A stretch of 64,000 nt of DNA from IMG/VR virus record IMGVR_UViG_3300043425_001539, positions 1 to 64,000 of that record. One strand, written 5' to 3'. The translations under genes were made by a program, and so were the position numbers. Position 1 is the first letter of the stretch. Every line of letters begins with the position of its first letter. Under the pieces are notes generated by a model that saw nothing but the letters and a program-made list of their open reading frames with translations, was not told the DNA's origin and ran no database searches. Positions 28,456 through 39,149 of this stretch are shown here, one piece after another.

Positions 28456-30018
28456 TTACTTTTTTTTTAAATATTCTGCGGTATCTCCAACGGAATAACC
28501 TACGCCTTCAGATATTTTTGTAATAGAATTAATTTTGGACTGATTATTATAATATTCTTTCTTAAGAATATCTATCTCTTCTTCGATTGCTTCTATTAAT
28601 TCCTTAATCTCAGGTGAACTTAAAATGCTTTCATTTTGTCCTTCAAGCATTTTTTTACGTTTTTCTAAAAATTGAATTGCTTCAGAATATTCAGACTTCT
28701 TGTTTTCTAATACTGAAAGCTGTCTTTTTTCGGGCGACATCATTTCATTAAATGTCAAAGATAAATCATAATTAACAAATTCAAGAATATGATTACGCGA
28801 TTGGTGTGCTGTGCAGTTTGGGTGAAACAGATTTTCGTTCATTAAAGTATCAACCGTGTTTATGTGCATTGTATTGCCACACTTAAACACATCTGCTCTG
28901 CGATTTGGGTATGCCTTTGAATAAATTGATTTAACATAATCAATCTCAAAGATGTTATTCCAATTTTCAACAATTGCATGGACAGAACGAAGAATACCTA
29001 TCTCTGCAGAATTAAACATACCAGAAGTCAAATAAATTTTACTAAATTCAGCAGGAGACGTAGTCTTCTCATTAACCGAAATTGTAAGATCACCTGTTTC
29101 GGATTCGGATATAACTAATTTTTTGTCCTTTGAAAAAATCTTAATGTTATTTTCACTAACCTCAACATTAGACTGATTGATGAAATTAGCAAGCCCAATA
29201 AACTCTTCAGGTAAATGCGCAACTTCGTTTTCTGTAAGAGGAGTTATATCATTTCCTCTTTTTCTGAAAGCTTTTCCTTGTACTGCAAAAATTTCTGATT
29301 CGTTGGTTATAATAACCGGCGAATAAACTTTTTTAACAACAGCATCATTACTTGTTGCCTTAATTTCAAAAGTTTTTGCTGATTCAACTATAATATTATA
29401 AAGTTTTTTAATAGTTGGATCAAAAAGATATTTATTTAGCTTTTCTAATAATACTGATCTTGCTGAAGCTGTTCTTTTTGCCAAATAATCATCTATTTCA
29501 GGCTGAACTGTAGGTAAAATATAATTTGACTTGGATATCTTTGCTTCATATATAGATTTATGAATTTTGATATCTTCCGCATATTTATTTGCATTTGTTT
29601 TAATTGAGTTAATGGATTCAAGAACAGATGGTTCAAAATCAAATGGTTTTAATGCAGAAATAAATTGTTCATACACCAGCCATTCGGGTTGATTTCCTAA
29701 TGAAGATACTTTTTCAAGAACATACCGCAAAGGCATATTTTGAGATGTATTAATTTTTCCCAATTCAGCTATTGCATTTCTTACTCCTAGATTATTAATT
29801 GCAATATCTGAAAATTCAAATATAGCGCCTTCATCATTAAGTTTACTAATAAATTCTTCGGCAATAACACTTTCCATTTTTTCCATTACGGATGCTGGCA
29901 ATTCAAGTGCAGCGTATTCATTGAATTTACTAATTGCTGCCTTGCAGGACTCTAACACAGATGTTGATTCTGTTCGCTCCATTAGGCTTTCTATTCTTTT
30001 CTTCAAATTTTTTGACAT
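28456..30018 (-). CDS. Probable head-associated protein with a coiled-coil C-terminus (ATG at 30018)
   Basis: Late motif at 30041-30054; ends TTA AAA AAA AAG TAA. Confidence 0.65.
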   Translation of the reverse strand: MSKNLKKRIESLMERTESTSVLESCKAAISKFNEYAALELPASVMEKMESVIAEEFISKLNDEGAIFEFSDIAINNLGVRNAIAELGKINTSQNMPLRYVLEKVSSLGNQPEWLVYEQFISALKPFDFEPSVLESINSIKTNANKYAEDIKIHKSIYEAKISKSNYILPTVQPEIDDYLAKRTASARSVLLEKLNKYLFDPTIKKLYNIIVESAKTFEIKATSNDAVVKKVYSPVIITNESEIFAVQGKAFRKRGNDITPLTENEVAHLPEEFIGLANFINQSNVEVSENNIKIFSKDKKLVISESETGDLTISVNEKTTSPAEFSKIYLTSGMFNSAEIGILRSVHAIVENWNNIFEIDYVKSIYSKAYPNRRADVFKCGNTMHINTVDTLMNENLFHPNCTAHQSRNHILEFVNYDLSLTFNEMMSPEKRQLSVLENKKSEYSEAIQFLEKRKKMLEGQNESILSSPEIKELIEAIEEEIDILKKEYYNNQSKINSITKISEGVGYSVGDTAEYLKKK

Positions 30019-30085
30019 GTTTATAAAGATTTTTTTCTCTGTATTTATATATTTCAACTTTTTTAGGCAAACCTTCACATAGGCG

Positions 30086-31711
30086 CTATTTTATAATTAT
30101 TTCAGCGTCTATATGAGAAAGTTGAAATTTAATATTTGTATTTTTTAATGTTACTTGATTGTTTAATTTTAATCTATTATTTACGATATCTATTTCTTCA
30201 ATAATAGTATCATCTGGGATTCCTAATCCTGTTACCCCCAAACCTATTTTTATATAACCTTGGATATTTAATTCAAAAACCGTTGGGTTAATATTAGATA
30301 TGTAGTAAGTATCCTCGACAATAGTTGTGTTATCTATATCACCAATAAAATCTATATTTTTGGATAAAACATCATATACAGACGTATTAAAGGCATCTTC
30401 TATTTTAATATAAATTCTAGTCTCTGGTGTCACAGGAAAACCTCCGCCTGGATTTATAATTTCAAATCCGATTATACCACCATTTCCATCTACATTTGCG
30501 GATATTAATGGATCATCAGTTAAAATTGGTTGGGAAAAAGGTTTTGAAACAATTGACACATTTATGTTATCTTCTCCAATATAAGCAAGTCCTGGATTAA
30601 ATATTATTATATTTTCTACTTCGCCAAGTCCTCCTATGATTGCTCGCAAACGAGAATCATAGCCAGTGTCTGATATTACATTTACCGCTAAATTATCTGA
30701 TTCTATTTGTTGTCCACTTTCATCAAAATATGGCAAAACCCATTCAAAAAAACCTGTATTTTTAAGATTAGTAACTATAGGAATCCATTCTTCGGTATTG
30801 CTAAGTTTATAATACAAATTAACAATAGGTATTGAACCTGTATTAACCCAAGATAATGGTAAAGTGCCTGCTGAAAAAAATGTATCCTTTGCAGCTGGCG
30901 CAGTAAACTCTAAATAATACGGCGGATTATCTTTTTCTCTTGCTGGATATATTCTTAAACCAATTCCGTTTGACGCAGAATTTAATGATTTTTGTCCAAG
31001 AATAAGTTTTCCGCCTTCGGATGGTTGCGGATTAATTTGTGTCATTCTGTTAGAATCTAAACGTTCTGTAGTAGGATCAGTAACAGGATAATAAGTTTCA
31101 ACAGAAACGGCAAAAATAAATTTTACTTTATTTTCATCTTGATAAGAAAATTCAAAAGTTTTGTCTATACCTAAATCATCAGAAAATCCAGCTTGACAAG
31201 GCACTCTAAAACCTTTAAATAAAATAGAAAAAACTTGTGTATTATAAAAAGTTTCTAAAATTGCTTGTTGTATTTTATATGCATCTAATACTGTATCAGT
31301 TGTAACTTCTATTTCAAATTCTAAATTAAGAGGCAAAGAATTTAAAAAAGCATTAAATCTTTGCAATTTTCCATTAACCTCTTTTACATAAGTACCACGG
31401 ACAAATCTATGTGTCATTGCTGTTGTGACAATGCTATTACTTTTGAGAGTAACAGATCCTCTTGGTATAACATCATAATTGCCGTCAGCCATTCTTGGGT
31501 GTTTGCAGTCATTCCAATGAGTAAAAAAATCTTGTAAAAATCTTTCATCTCCACCCATATTAGGCAAAAAAGGAACACCTATAATTTCTGCAACAGTATC
31601 CGATAACACATTTTCATATTGGATGCGCGAATTAAGTAGATTTATTAATCCTACTATAACTGCTCTCGTATGAACATTATCCGTGTTGTACTTATGTAAA
31701 AATTGACCCAT
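30086..31711 (-). CDS. Tail terminator/sheath stabiliser (gp15-like N-terminus) with a C-terminal extension
   Basis: IPRG, LPLNLEFEIEV..DAYKIQQAILETF pattern; late motif at 31714-31724. Confidence 0.55.
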   Translation of the reverse strand: MGQFLHKYNTDNVHTRAVIVGLINLLNSRIQYENVLSDTVAEIIGVPFLPNMGGDERFLQDFFTHWNDCKHPRMADGNYDVIPRGSVTLKSNSIVTTAMTHRFVRGTYVKEVNGKLQRFNAFLNSLPLNLEFEIEVTTDTVLDAYKIQQAILETFYNTQVFSILFKGFRVPCQAGFSDDLGIDKTFEFSYQDENKVKFIFAVSVETYYPVTDPTTERLDSNRMTQINPQPSEGGKLILGQKSLNSASNGIGLRIYPAREKDNPPYYLEFTAPAAKDTFFSAGTLPLSWVNTGSIPIVNLYYKLSNTEEWIPIVTNLKNTGFFEWVLPYFDESGQQIESDNLAVNVISDTGYDSRLRAIIGGLGEVENIIIFNPGLAYIGEDNINVSIVSKPFSQPILTDDPLISANVDGNGGIIGFEIINPGGGFPVTPETRIYIKIEDAFNTSVYDVLSKNIDFIGDIDNTTIVEDTYYISNINPTVFELNIQGYIKIGLGVTGLGIPDDTIIEEIDIVNNRLKLNNQVTLKNTNIKFQLSHIDAEIIIK

Positions 31712-31722
31712 TTAATTATATA

Positions 31723-33642
31723 TCATCCAATCTTTTCTATGTTTAAGTTGGAAAAACCGTTATTTTTAATAATATCCACCTTATAATCAAATATTTCCGT
31801 AGGTAATTGTGAGTGATTAATTACAAATATGTTTAAATTTAATTCTCTGCATGTTTTATGTAAAACTTTTAAAATGTGATATATCCCATCTGAGTCTATT
31901 GAAGAAAATATTTCATCTAAATAAATTAAGTTTAAACCTGCAAATTTAGTTTTCATTAGTCGTATTAAAGCAATTAAAACCGCAAAATCAACTTTTTTGC
32001 GTTCACCTGTGCTTAATTGTTCCGCTGAAACTTTAAATCCTAGATGTTGAATATCAACGTCAAATTCTTCATTAAAACTTACTCTATAGTCCATGTTTAA
32101 ATCATTTAATACTTTTTTGATCTCAACATTTAATACAGGTAAAATTCTTTTTAATGCTGATACTTTTACTCCTTTGTCTCCAAAGATGTCTTCTATAATT
32201 TTGTAAAAATTTGCCTTTTTTTCATCAACAGTTTTTCTTTGTATTGCTTCATTTTTTTTATTTGAATTGTCATTAATTATATTCTTTAATGATTGCGTTT
32301 GTTCATCAACTGCATGATTTTCTTTTAATAAATTAATTTCATTGGTATAAGAATATAATTGGGATGATGCATTTATTTTTTTATTATTTAATTCTGAATA
32401 CGCAGATTTAATTTTTTCTTTGCGTTCAGATAATTCTTTTATTTTTTCTCGAGTTTCCTCTATAATTTTTCTAGAACTTTCATCTCTTTTGATATATTCA
32501 TGCAATAAAAATTTGTGATGCTCGGTTGTTAAATCCGACTCGCAAGTGGGACATTTACCATTTTCATATAATCTTATTTTTTCAGTACATATGTGAATTT
32601 CCGTTTTATGACCATTTATGATATTTTCCCATTCTTTTAAAGTTGCTTCTACATCGTTATTCTTTTCTTTTATTTGTTTTAAATTTTCATCGGCATTCTT
32701 TATAAACTCATTTAGTTTTTGTATTTTCTCTAATAGGATAGTTTTCTTTTCTTCGCTTGCTTCTTTAATTTTTTGATTTAATAATTCAAGTTCATTTACT
32801 GATGCCGTTATATTGCGTTCTATCACCGAAATTTCTGTGTCTATCAAATCTATTTGTTCTTTCATTGTTTTGATTTGATACTTAACTTTCCATTTAATAC
32901 TTCCTAAAACCTCTAATCCAAACAACCTGTCTATAATCATTCGTTTATCGTGTACACCCATACTGATAAAACTCTTAAAATCATTAATGGACAAAGATAC
33001 CATATTATTAAATACATAGTACGGAACCCCTAAAATTTCGTCTTCTAAAAAATCTTGAACATTCTTTTTTCCTGCTTGGTCATATTCAATACCATTAACA
33101 TAAACCTTAAAAATACTTGGTGCAATTCCTCTTTCTATAACAACATGTGTACTTGAATTTTTTTCTACTTCTATTTTAACATATAAAGCATTATTAAACC
33201 TATTAGGTAATTCTTTTAATTTTTTGCCATCAACTTTTCCGTACAATCCAAATTTAATAACATCCGAAAGAGTAGAATTGTGTGATACAATATTATTTGC
33301 AAAAAATTCATGAACAGTATCAACTTCTATGTCATACAAATCATCTTTGTAATTTAATATATCGTTTGCAACTATTTCTTCTAATCCATGCTCTGTTTCT
33401 ATATAATCTCCTATTTTTAAATGTTTTACTTTAACCCATTCATTTTTCCAAAGTAAATGATCAGGTGAAGTTTTAATAAATTTTCCAGAAACTAATTTAA
33501 CACAATGAACTTCAGAATTTCTTGCTGTTATATCAATAGCTTTAATATCACGTTTCCCATATCGAGTTTTAACTTTAATACCTTCTATTTTTTCATTTTC
33601 AAAATGAATAAAATCGTATAAATCTTTTAGCGTGCAATTCAT
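31723..33642 (-). CDS. gp46/SbcC (Rad50-like) C-part preceded by a 122-aa split-intein C-fragment
   Basis: TSPDH (block B) and YDIEV..FFANNIVSHN|S; then zinc hook CPTC, LSTGE signature, YLDE, INH. Confidence 0.92.
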   Translation of the reverse strand: MNCTLKDLYDFIHFENEKIEGIKVKTRYGKRDIKAIDITARNSEVHCVKLVSGKFIKTSPDHLLWKNEWVKVKHLKIGDYIETEHGLEEIVANDILNYKDDLYDIEVDTVHEFFANNIVSHNSTLSDVIKFGLYGKVDGKKLKELPNRFNNALYVKIEVEKNSSTHVVIERGIAPSIFKVYVNGIEYDQAGKKNVQDFLEDEILGVPYYVFNNMVSLSINDFKSFISMGVHDKRMIIDRLFGLEVLGSIKWKVKYQIKTMKEQIDLIDTEISVIERNITASVNELELLNQKIKEASEEKKTILLEKIQKLNEFIKNADENLKQIKEKNNDVEATLKEWENIINGHKTEIHICTEKIRLYENGKCPTCESDLTTEHHKFLLHEYIKRDESSRKIIEETREKIKELSERKEKIKSAYSELNNKKINASSQLYSYTNEINLLKENHAVDEQTQSLKNIINDNSNKKNEAIQRKTVDEKKANFYKIIEDIFGDKGVKVSALKRILPVLNVEIKKVLNDLNMDYRVSFNEEFDVDIQHLGFKVSAEQLSTGERKKVDFAVLIALIRLMKTKFAGLNLIYLDEIFSSIDSDGIYHILKVLHKTCRELNLNIFVINHSQLPTEIFDYKVDIIKNNGFSNLNIEKIG

Positions 33643-33979
33643 AAATATTTTTTAAATTGTTTAAAAATTCATCAACATCGTCAGTATCCCAAACATATAA
33701 TAAAATAAAACCATTTTGTTCGGCTAATATTTTTTTACTATTATCATATAACATAGATTCTTCAGGAGTTTGATTGGAATAAAGTGATCGCCAAGAATCG
33801 TTATGTTTTTCTTTATTAAAATGAAATTTAGAACCTTGAAATTCTATTATAATTTTTTTAGACCTAATACAAAAATCGTAAAAAAATATTTTATTTTTTA
33901 ATTCTGCCCAAATATACCATTCTCTCTTGTCATTATATCCAAAAAAAATTTCATCATCAGAAATTCCGCTGTTTAACAA
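33599..33979 (-). pseudogene. N-terminally truncated Vsr/DUF559-like homing endonuclease between the gp46 halves
   Basis: FYDF..IIIEFQGSKFH..D..K..LAEQNGF....VWD matches the C-domain of 40420-41562; no DNA-binding part and no ATG. Confidence 0.65.
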
Positions 33980-34198
33980 TTAAACGGGTTCTCTATTTTT
34001 AAGAAATTTTTTAAACCTTTCTTCTTTATCTTTATCATCAAAGAAAATTTCTATATTAGTTTCTTTATCTAAACATTTACCTGCTCCATTACTTCCTAAA
34101 ACTATATAAAAATTTCCTTGGTTTTCATCAAATACTATTTGCTGTGCATTATTTCCATAACTACCAAAATTTTTCCAGGAAATGCTTTTAATTTTCAT
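33980..34198 (-). CDS. gp46/SbcC N-part (41 aa) plus a 31-aa split-intein N-fragment
   Basis: KNFGSYGN..GSNGAGK|CLDKETNIEI; Walker A is interrupted between K and S. Confidence 0.9.
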   Translation of the reverse strand: MKIKSISWKNFGSYGNNAQQIVFDENQGNFYIVLGSNGAGKCLDKETNIEIFFDDKDKEERFKKFLKNREPV

Positions 34199-34209
34199 AT
34201 TTAATATTT

Positions 34210-35316
34210 TTAGTTTTCATTACTTCGCTTTTCTTCCAATTCAAGAAGCGCATCGTAATATAATTTTTTACTTACTTTAATTAATTTTTCTTTGATTACA
34301 TCTGAATATTGTAAATTTTCTATATGTCTTTCGATTAAAAACGGCAAATTAATTTCACCCGTCTCAATATTTTCTGTGTTATTGCCATCTTCTATTCTTT
34401 GTTCTTCTTCAGTTACTATATTATGATTAATTTTTCTATAACCGCTAAATTTTTCTGTAAATGCTGCAAATGGGAATTTTAATGACCATTGCGGAGTTAC
34501 CATAATATCAATAAAATTATTTTTAAAAAGTCCTCTGAGGTCATCTAATGTTTGTTCAAGGAGCCATTCAAGTTTGTAACGCAAAAATTTTGGAGAATAA
34601 TCATTAATGAATTGTATTTCTTCATCATTTTCCAAATCATACAGCCAAATACTTTTAGTGTTTCCCGAATCTGAACGAGTAAGTTCATAAGGGCAACCAA
34701 GCATTCTTATGTTGTTTGTTTTTTGCGCGTAGTGAATATGCCCTGAGTAGACTTTTTTGAACGATTTAAAAATTTCGGCTTCGTTTCCTTCATCAATTTT
34801 TGTGAAACGATTAAAAGATAAACCGCGAATATCAGTATGGCAAAAGAGGATGTCTGATGCATTTTCAGGATTTTGGATTATTTCTTTAATATCTTCATGC
34901 TTTTCAACCCACGGCAAGAAAAACACTTTTTTCTTGCCAAACATCATATGCTCAGGTTTTTCAATTACGGTTATGTTATCAACATTACGAAATACTTTTA
35001 ATGAATTAATTTCATTTGAGTATTTCATAAAAATATCATGGTTACCTATAATCATATAGACCGGCATAATTTTTGCTATATCCTCAAAAATTGAAATACC
35101 TTTGTTTAATACATATAGGTTAATTGACTGCCGCGAATCAAATACGTCTCCACAATGTACAACCACATCTCCCGGTTTTCCTTCTTTTTGTAAAAGTGGA
35201 ATAAAAAAATTTTTAAAATAATCATCTATGATATCCATCCATTCTCGCGAATTTGAACGAACACCTAAATGCGTATCCGATATTAAAAAAATCCGTTTTA
35301 CGTCTTTTTTTATCAT
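34210..35316 (-). CDS. gp47/SbcD (Mre11-like) nuclease
   Basis: SDTHLG, GDVFD, GNHD, SGHIH motifs. Confidence 0.93.
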   Translation of the reverse strand: MIKKDVKRIFLISDTHLGVRSNSREWMDIIDDYFKNFFIPLLQKEGKPGDVVVHCGDVFDSRQSINLYVLNKGISIFEDIAKIMPVYMIIGNHDIFMKYSNEINSLKVFRNVDNITVIEKPEHMMFGKKKVFFLPWVEKHEDIKEIIQNPENASDILFCHTDIRGLSFNRFTKIDEGNEAEIFKSFKKVYSGHIHYAQKTNNIRMLGCPYELTRSDSGNTKSIWLYDLENDEEIQFINDYSPKFLRYKLEWLLEQTLDDLRGLFKNNFIDIMVTPQWSLKFPFAAFTEKFSGYRKINHNIVTEEEQRIEDGNNTENIETGEINLPFLIERHIENLQYSDVIKEKLIKVSKKLYYDALLELEEKRSNEN

Positions 35317-35317
35317 A

Positions 35318-35743
35318 TTAAAATAATCTATAAATTTTTCGTTTTTTAAAAATTCCGTATTTAAGGTCCAATTCTTTTAAAAGTTTTTCTTTATATGCGG
35401 GAGATAGCTCATCATATAAAACATCATAAGATATACTCATAAATTCCGCAATATTAATAAATCTTTCAATTGCCGTAATTGCTTCGGTTTCCTTTAATCT
35501 TTCATCAAAATAATAATAAATTTGCGCAACTTCACTTCTTGGTACTTTTTTACTTTTATTATATTCATCGTAAAATTCAGAAGATATAAAGATTTGGTAT
35601 AAATCTTTTTGTAGCTGATTTTCTATGTATTCTTCAAAAAAATCTTTAGGCCTATGAATATCATTTACTTCAATTTTTCCAAATTGTTCAAATTCTAAAT
35701 CGCCTGTATTATAACGGTTATTAAATATTTTATCTTCTTTCAT
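35318..35743 (-). CDS. Hypothetical protein
   Basis: 141-aa ORF coupled between the helicase and gp47. Confidence 0.7.
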   Translation of the reverse strand: MKEDKIFNNRYNTGDLEFEQFGKIEVNDIHRPKDFFEEYIENQLQKDLYQIFISSEFYDEYNKSKKVPRSEVAQIYYYFDERLKETEAITAIERFINIAEFMSISYDVLYDELSPAYKEKLLKELDLKYGIFKKRKIYRLF

Positions 35744-37044
35744 TATTCTGTGATTATTGTTGAGTCTGGATCTTCTACAATTCGCATGTAGTCATAATTA
35801 ATTAAAAATTTTCTACGTGAATTTTTATATCCATCATCACGATTTGCAATAAGTTTTAAAATGTATTCACGATTAGCGTGCATAATCTCATCTTGTATGA
35901 TACCAAACATTGCATCAACTGTATGCCCAAGTGCAGCTGACTCCGAAATGTTTGTTGCATTTAAATCAGTGCTGCCAAAGCCTGATCTATTAATCTGTGT
36001 TGCTGTGATAATTGCCCAATCATTTCGCATTGCCATTGCTCGTAAGTCTTCAGCAATTTGTTTGATTTTCATATACATATTTTCTGAATTGGGATTTCTC
36101 CAATTCTTTAAGATATTAATATAGTCAAGGACAATTACTTTAAATTTTATTCCTTTGGTTTCTTCCATTTTTTGGAGATACATTTCAATATCAGGAACGC
36201 CAGCCGATGAAGTAGGAAATTCTTTTACGTATAATTTACCAGGAACTTGTAAACTATCATAACCTATCTGTGTTAGCTTTTTCTTCATCATAACTTTGTC
36301 TTCAGCAGCCTTAGCATATTCCTTCATGTTTACATTCAGTAAATTTGCACCCAGACGTTTAACCAATTTACGATCACGCATTTCTAATGAAAGAACCGCT
36401 GTGTTATATCCAAGTCTTACGCAATTAGCTGCAATATTTGCCAGCCAAATAGATTTTCCGATTTTCATTTCACCGATATAGCAAAATAACGCTTTTGAAT
36501 AAAATCCACCGCCAAGGACAAGATCAATATATGAAAACCCAGAACTAAAAGTATCTGATGTAGGCTGAATATGTGAATCGGGATTAAAGAAATCAAGTCC
36601 TTCATCAAATCCAAATTGAATATTATTTCTTTCTGTGATAATATTCTTTGCATTTTGCACAACATCCTTGACATTATCAACAGAAACTTTTGTTGTTTTT
36701 AAATATGTTATTAAGTCAAGAACGGAAATGTCAAGATTTTTATATTCAATCCACGATTCAGCTGTTTGCTGCAGCCAATCGTCATCATATTCTTTAAGAT
36801 TAACGTCAAATAAAGATTCGATTTTTGAAGGCACCAAATCTCCGTCGATGCCTTTTACTTTAGTTAATTCAACTATTTGAGACTTAGTTGGAATAGAATT
36901 ATACTTTTCAGTAAATTCTTTGGTTATATCATATATTTTTTTAATATCATCAGTTTCAAAAAATCTATTATTAACAACAGATATTAATTCTTTTCTTGAA
37001 AGAAGATAATGAAAAAATATTTTTTCTAAATGTACAGCTACCAT
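35743..37044 (-). CDS. Replicative helicase (gp41/DnaB-like)
   Basis: GEMKIGKS, SLEM, VLDYI, TATQINR, ISES; middle-like motif at 37051-37077. Confidence 0.93.
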   Translation of the reverse strand: MVAVHLEKIFFHYLLSRKELISVVNNRFFETDDIKKIYDITKEFTEKYNSIPTKSQIVELTKVKGIDGDLVPSKIESLFDVNLKEYDDDWLQQTAESWIEYKNLDISVLDLITYLKTTKVSVDNVKDVVQNAKNIITERNNIQFGFDEGLDFFNPDSHIQPTSDTFSSGFSYIDLVLGGGFYSKALFCYIGEMKIGKSIWLANIAANCVRLGYNTAVLSLEMRDRKLVKRLGANLLNVNMKEYAKAAEDKVMMKKKLTQIGYDSLQVPGKLYVKEFPTSSAGVPDIEMYLQKMEETKGIKFKVIVLDYINILKNWRNPNSENMYMKIKQIAEDLRAMAMRNDWAIITATQINRSGFGSTDLNATNISESAALGHTVDAMFGIIQDEIMHANREYILKLIANRDDGYKNSRRKFLINYDYMRIVEDPDSTIITE

Positions 37045-37077
37045 ATTAATTTATATACATTGAATAACTAATTGTTT

Positions 37078-37407
37078 TTAGGACCAAGGATTATTAATAA
37101 CTTGATATTGCATTTCAGGTTTTTTACCTGACGTCAAACCTATTCTTTGTAAAAAAGCGCCTGGGCAATCTTCCGGATCAGCTGCATAATCCAAAAATCC
37201 TGAAAGCTCACTAATAGTGCCTACACCGTCTTTCATGTAAGGCCACACTTGAGACGGTGTAAAAGGACTATTTAGTTCTTCTTTGTCTGATAAGTTACTA
37301 AGAAGCATATATGTTAAATCAGTGTGTGATGGAAAGCTTTCCATCTCTTTATACACATTTAACAAATATTTAATAGGTAATTTGTTTTGATTAATCTTCA
37401 TTTTCAT
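37078..37407 (-). CDS. Hypothetical protein (likely start 37407 or 37401)
   Basis: ORF coupled to the end of UvsX part 3. Confidence 0.55.
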   Translation of the reverse strand: MKMKINQNKLPIKYLLNVYKEMESFPSHTDLTYMLLSNLSDKEELNSPFTPSQVWPYMKDGVGTISELSGFLDYAADPEDCPGAFLQRIGLTSGKKPEMQYQVINNPWS

Positions 37408-38140
37408 CTTCAAAAATATCTCCAATAATTTCGTCGTCTTCAATTTGATTAACGTCGCCAATATTTGGAAGCATAAACATTTTTTTGATAATTTTTTCGT
37501 CAAGCTCTTCTAATACTTCTTTAGTAATAACTCTTGAAGTAAATAAATCCTGTGGTTTAATTTCTTCGCACAAATGTCTGACTGCAATGGTACGTGCCGT
37601 TGGCTTATCTTCAAAATAAAAAACTGTTTCTGTTCCGTCTTCGTTAGTTTTGACGAATCTTGTTGACTCAATTATATCTTTTTTCTCATGTCCTTTTGCA
37701 TACGTTTTTTCAAATTCTTTTTGTGTAATTAGTTTACCTTTTTGAATCCCGCAATTTTCCCAATTTATGTATTCTTCTAATCCAACATAAGGATTCATTC
37801 CTTTATAAAAGGAAATATGGAATTTAATAGGTAAAGGACGAGCAAATCTATTTTTAGCTGGTTTTGAAGTTACGATAATTCCAGTTTTCATGGCAAAACC
37901 GTTAGAACCAACTGCTCCTTCTTTAAGGCCAGCTTTTGATAATTGAACTATGATTGATGCATTGTATATAGCTCCGCCGCCACCTGAAATTGTTTGTCCT
38001 GGAATAAAAGAACCGATTGAATTATGCATAATGACACCTTCTTTAGAAATATAATGGTGCTCATCTGCAACTTCAATATCATATACTGTGTTCAAGTTGC
38101 CTTGTTCTTTTTTAAGAAGTTTTAGTTTTTTCATATTCAT
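37391..38140 (-). CDS. uvsX: UvsX/RecA part 3: 38-40-aa split-intein C-fragment plus 209-aa C-extein
   Basis: VYDIEVADEHHYI..IMHN|SIGSFIPGQTISGGGGAIYNAS..KNRF. Confidence 0.9.
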   Translation of the reverse strand: MNMKKLKLLKKEQGNLNTVYDIEVADEHHYISKEGVIMHNSIGSFIPGQTISGGGGAIYNASIIVQLSKAGLKEGAVGSNGFAMKTGIIVTSKPAKNRFARPLPIKFHISFYKGMNPYVGLEEYINWENCGIQKGKLITQKEFEKTYAKGHEKKDIIESTRFVKTNEDGTETVFYFEDKPTARTIAVRHLCEEIKPQDLFTSRVITKEVLEELDEKIIKKMFMLPNIGDVNQIEDDEIIGDIFEDENED

Positions 38141-39149
38141 TTATTTTTAATTGTAATTCTTCATATGTTATGGAATTAGTTGCGCCTTTTGATAAATTTT
38201 CCACGAATGGAATAAATTCAAGATTTGCAATATGGGAAGCTATTAAAGGGTCTATACACATCTCAAAACAAGATCTGATTGACAAGCTATGATCTATGTG
38301 ATACATCATTTTTCCTCTTTTTATTTCCCAATTATTGCCAAATTTTGCGTTTCCATGGTTGATTAAAGTTTCTTCTGTTAATATTCTAACTAATTTTATA
38401 TATTCATTAAGAGTTAATATTTCTTGATTTATGAGTTTTTCAGATATAAATTTAACATCTTCAATGTCTATACCAAGTTTGGATGCCAACATTTTTCTTT
38501 TAAAAATGTCTACATGCATAGGATTACTTGTGTTATATTTTTGATTAAATGATGATAACCATTTTTCTTTAACATTTTTGTCTGACAGCGGATTTGGACC
38601 ACCGTATTTTTCTTTACATGTATTTTTTGCTTTTTCCTTAACAATGTCACTTTTTTGTGCTATTTCATTTCCGTACTTTATTTTCCAAGTTTTTGCTCTA
38701 GACTCTTTAAATCCTTCTATTTTAAAATTATGATTTACGCCGTATTTTTCTTGTAAGGTATTTTTTCGCTTCGTTTTAATTTCATTTTTTTCCGTCTCGC
38801 TAAGCATTGAATAAGTATTTGAATAAGATTCAGATCGTTTTCTTTTTATTTCTAAATCTTTAGCTTGATTAAATGCTCGACAAGAATGACTACAAAACAT
38901 TTTTTTCCCGCCGTCATTTATCAGAGTATTACATTCTTTACATATATTCATTTCTGTTAATTCATTAAGAATATACGTTATCCTAATTTTAATATCGGTG
39001 TCAGAATTACAAAAAGATGTATTTTCTATTATTAGATTATGTAAATCTTTTCTTTTATATAATTCTTTTTTAACATTTCCTAAATTAGAAGTATTTTTGT
39101 TTTTTTCTAATACAATTTTCCAATTATTTTCTGTAATGTGAAGTTTCAT
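38112..39149 (-). mobile_element. Free-standing HNH-like homing endonuclease between UvsX parts 2 and 3
   Basis: CKEC/CSHSC zinc motifs, T..EKYG repeats, C-terminal HIDH..NL..ENLSKG. Confidence 0.8.
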
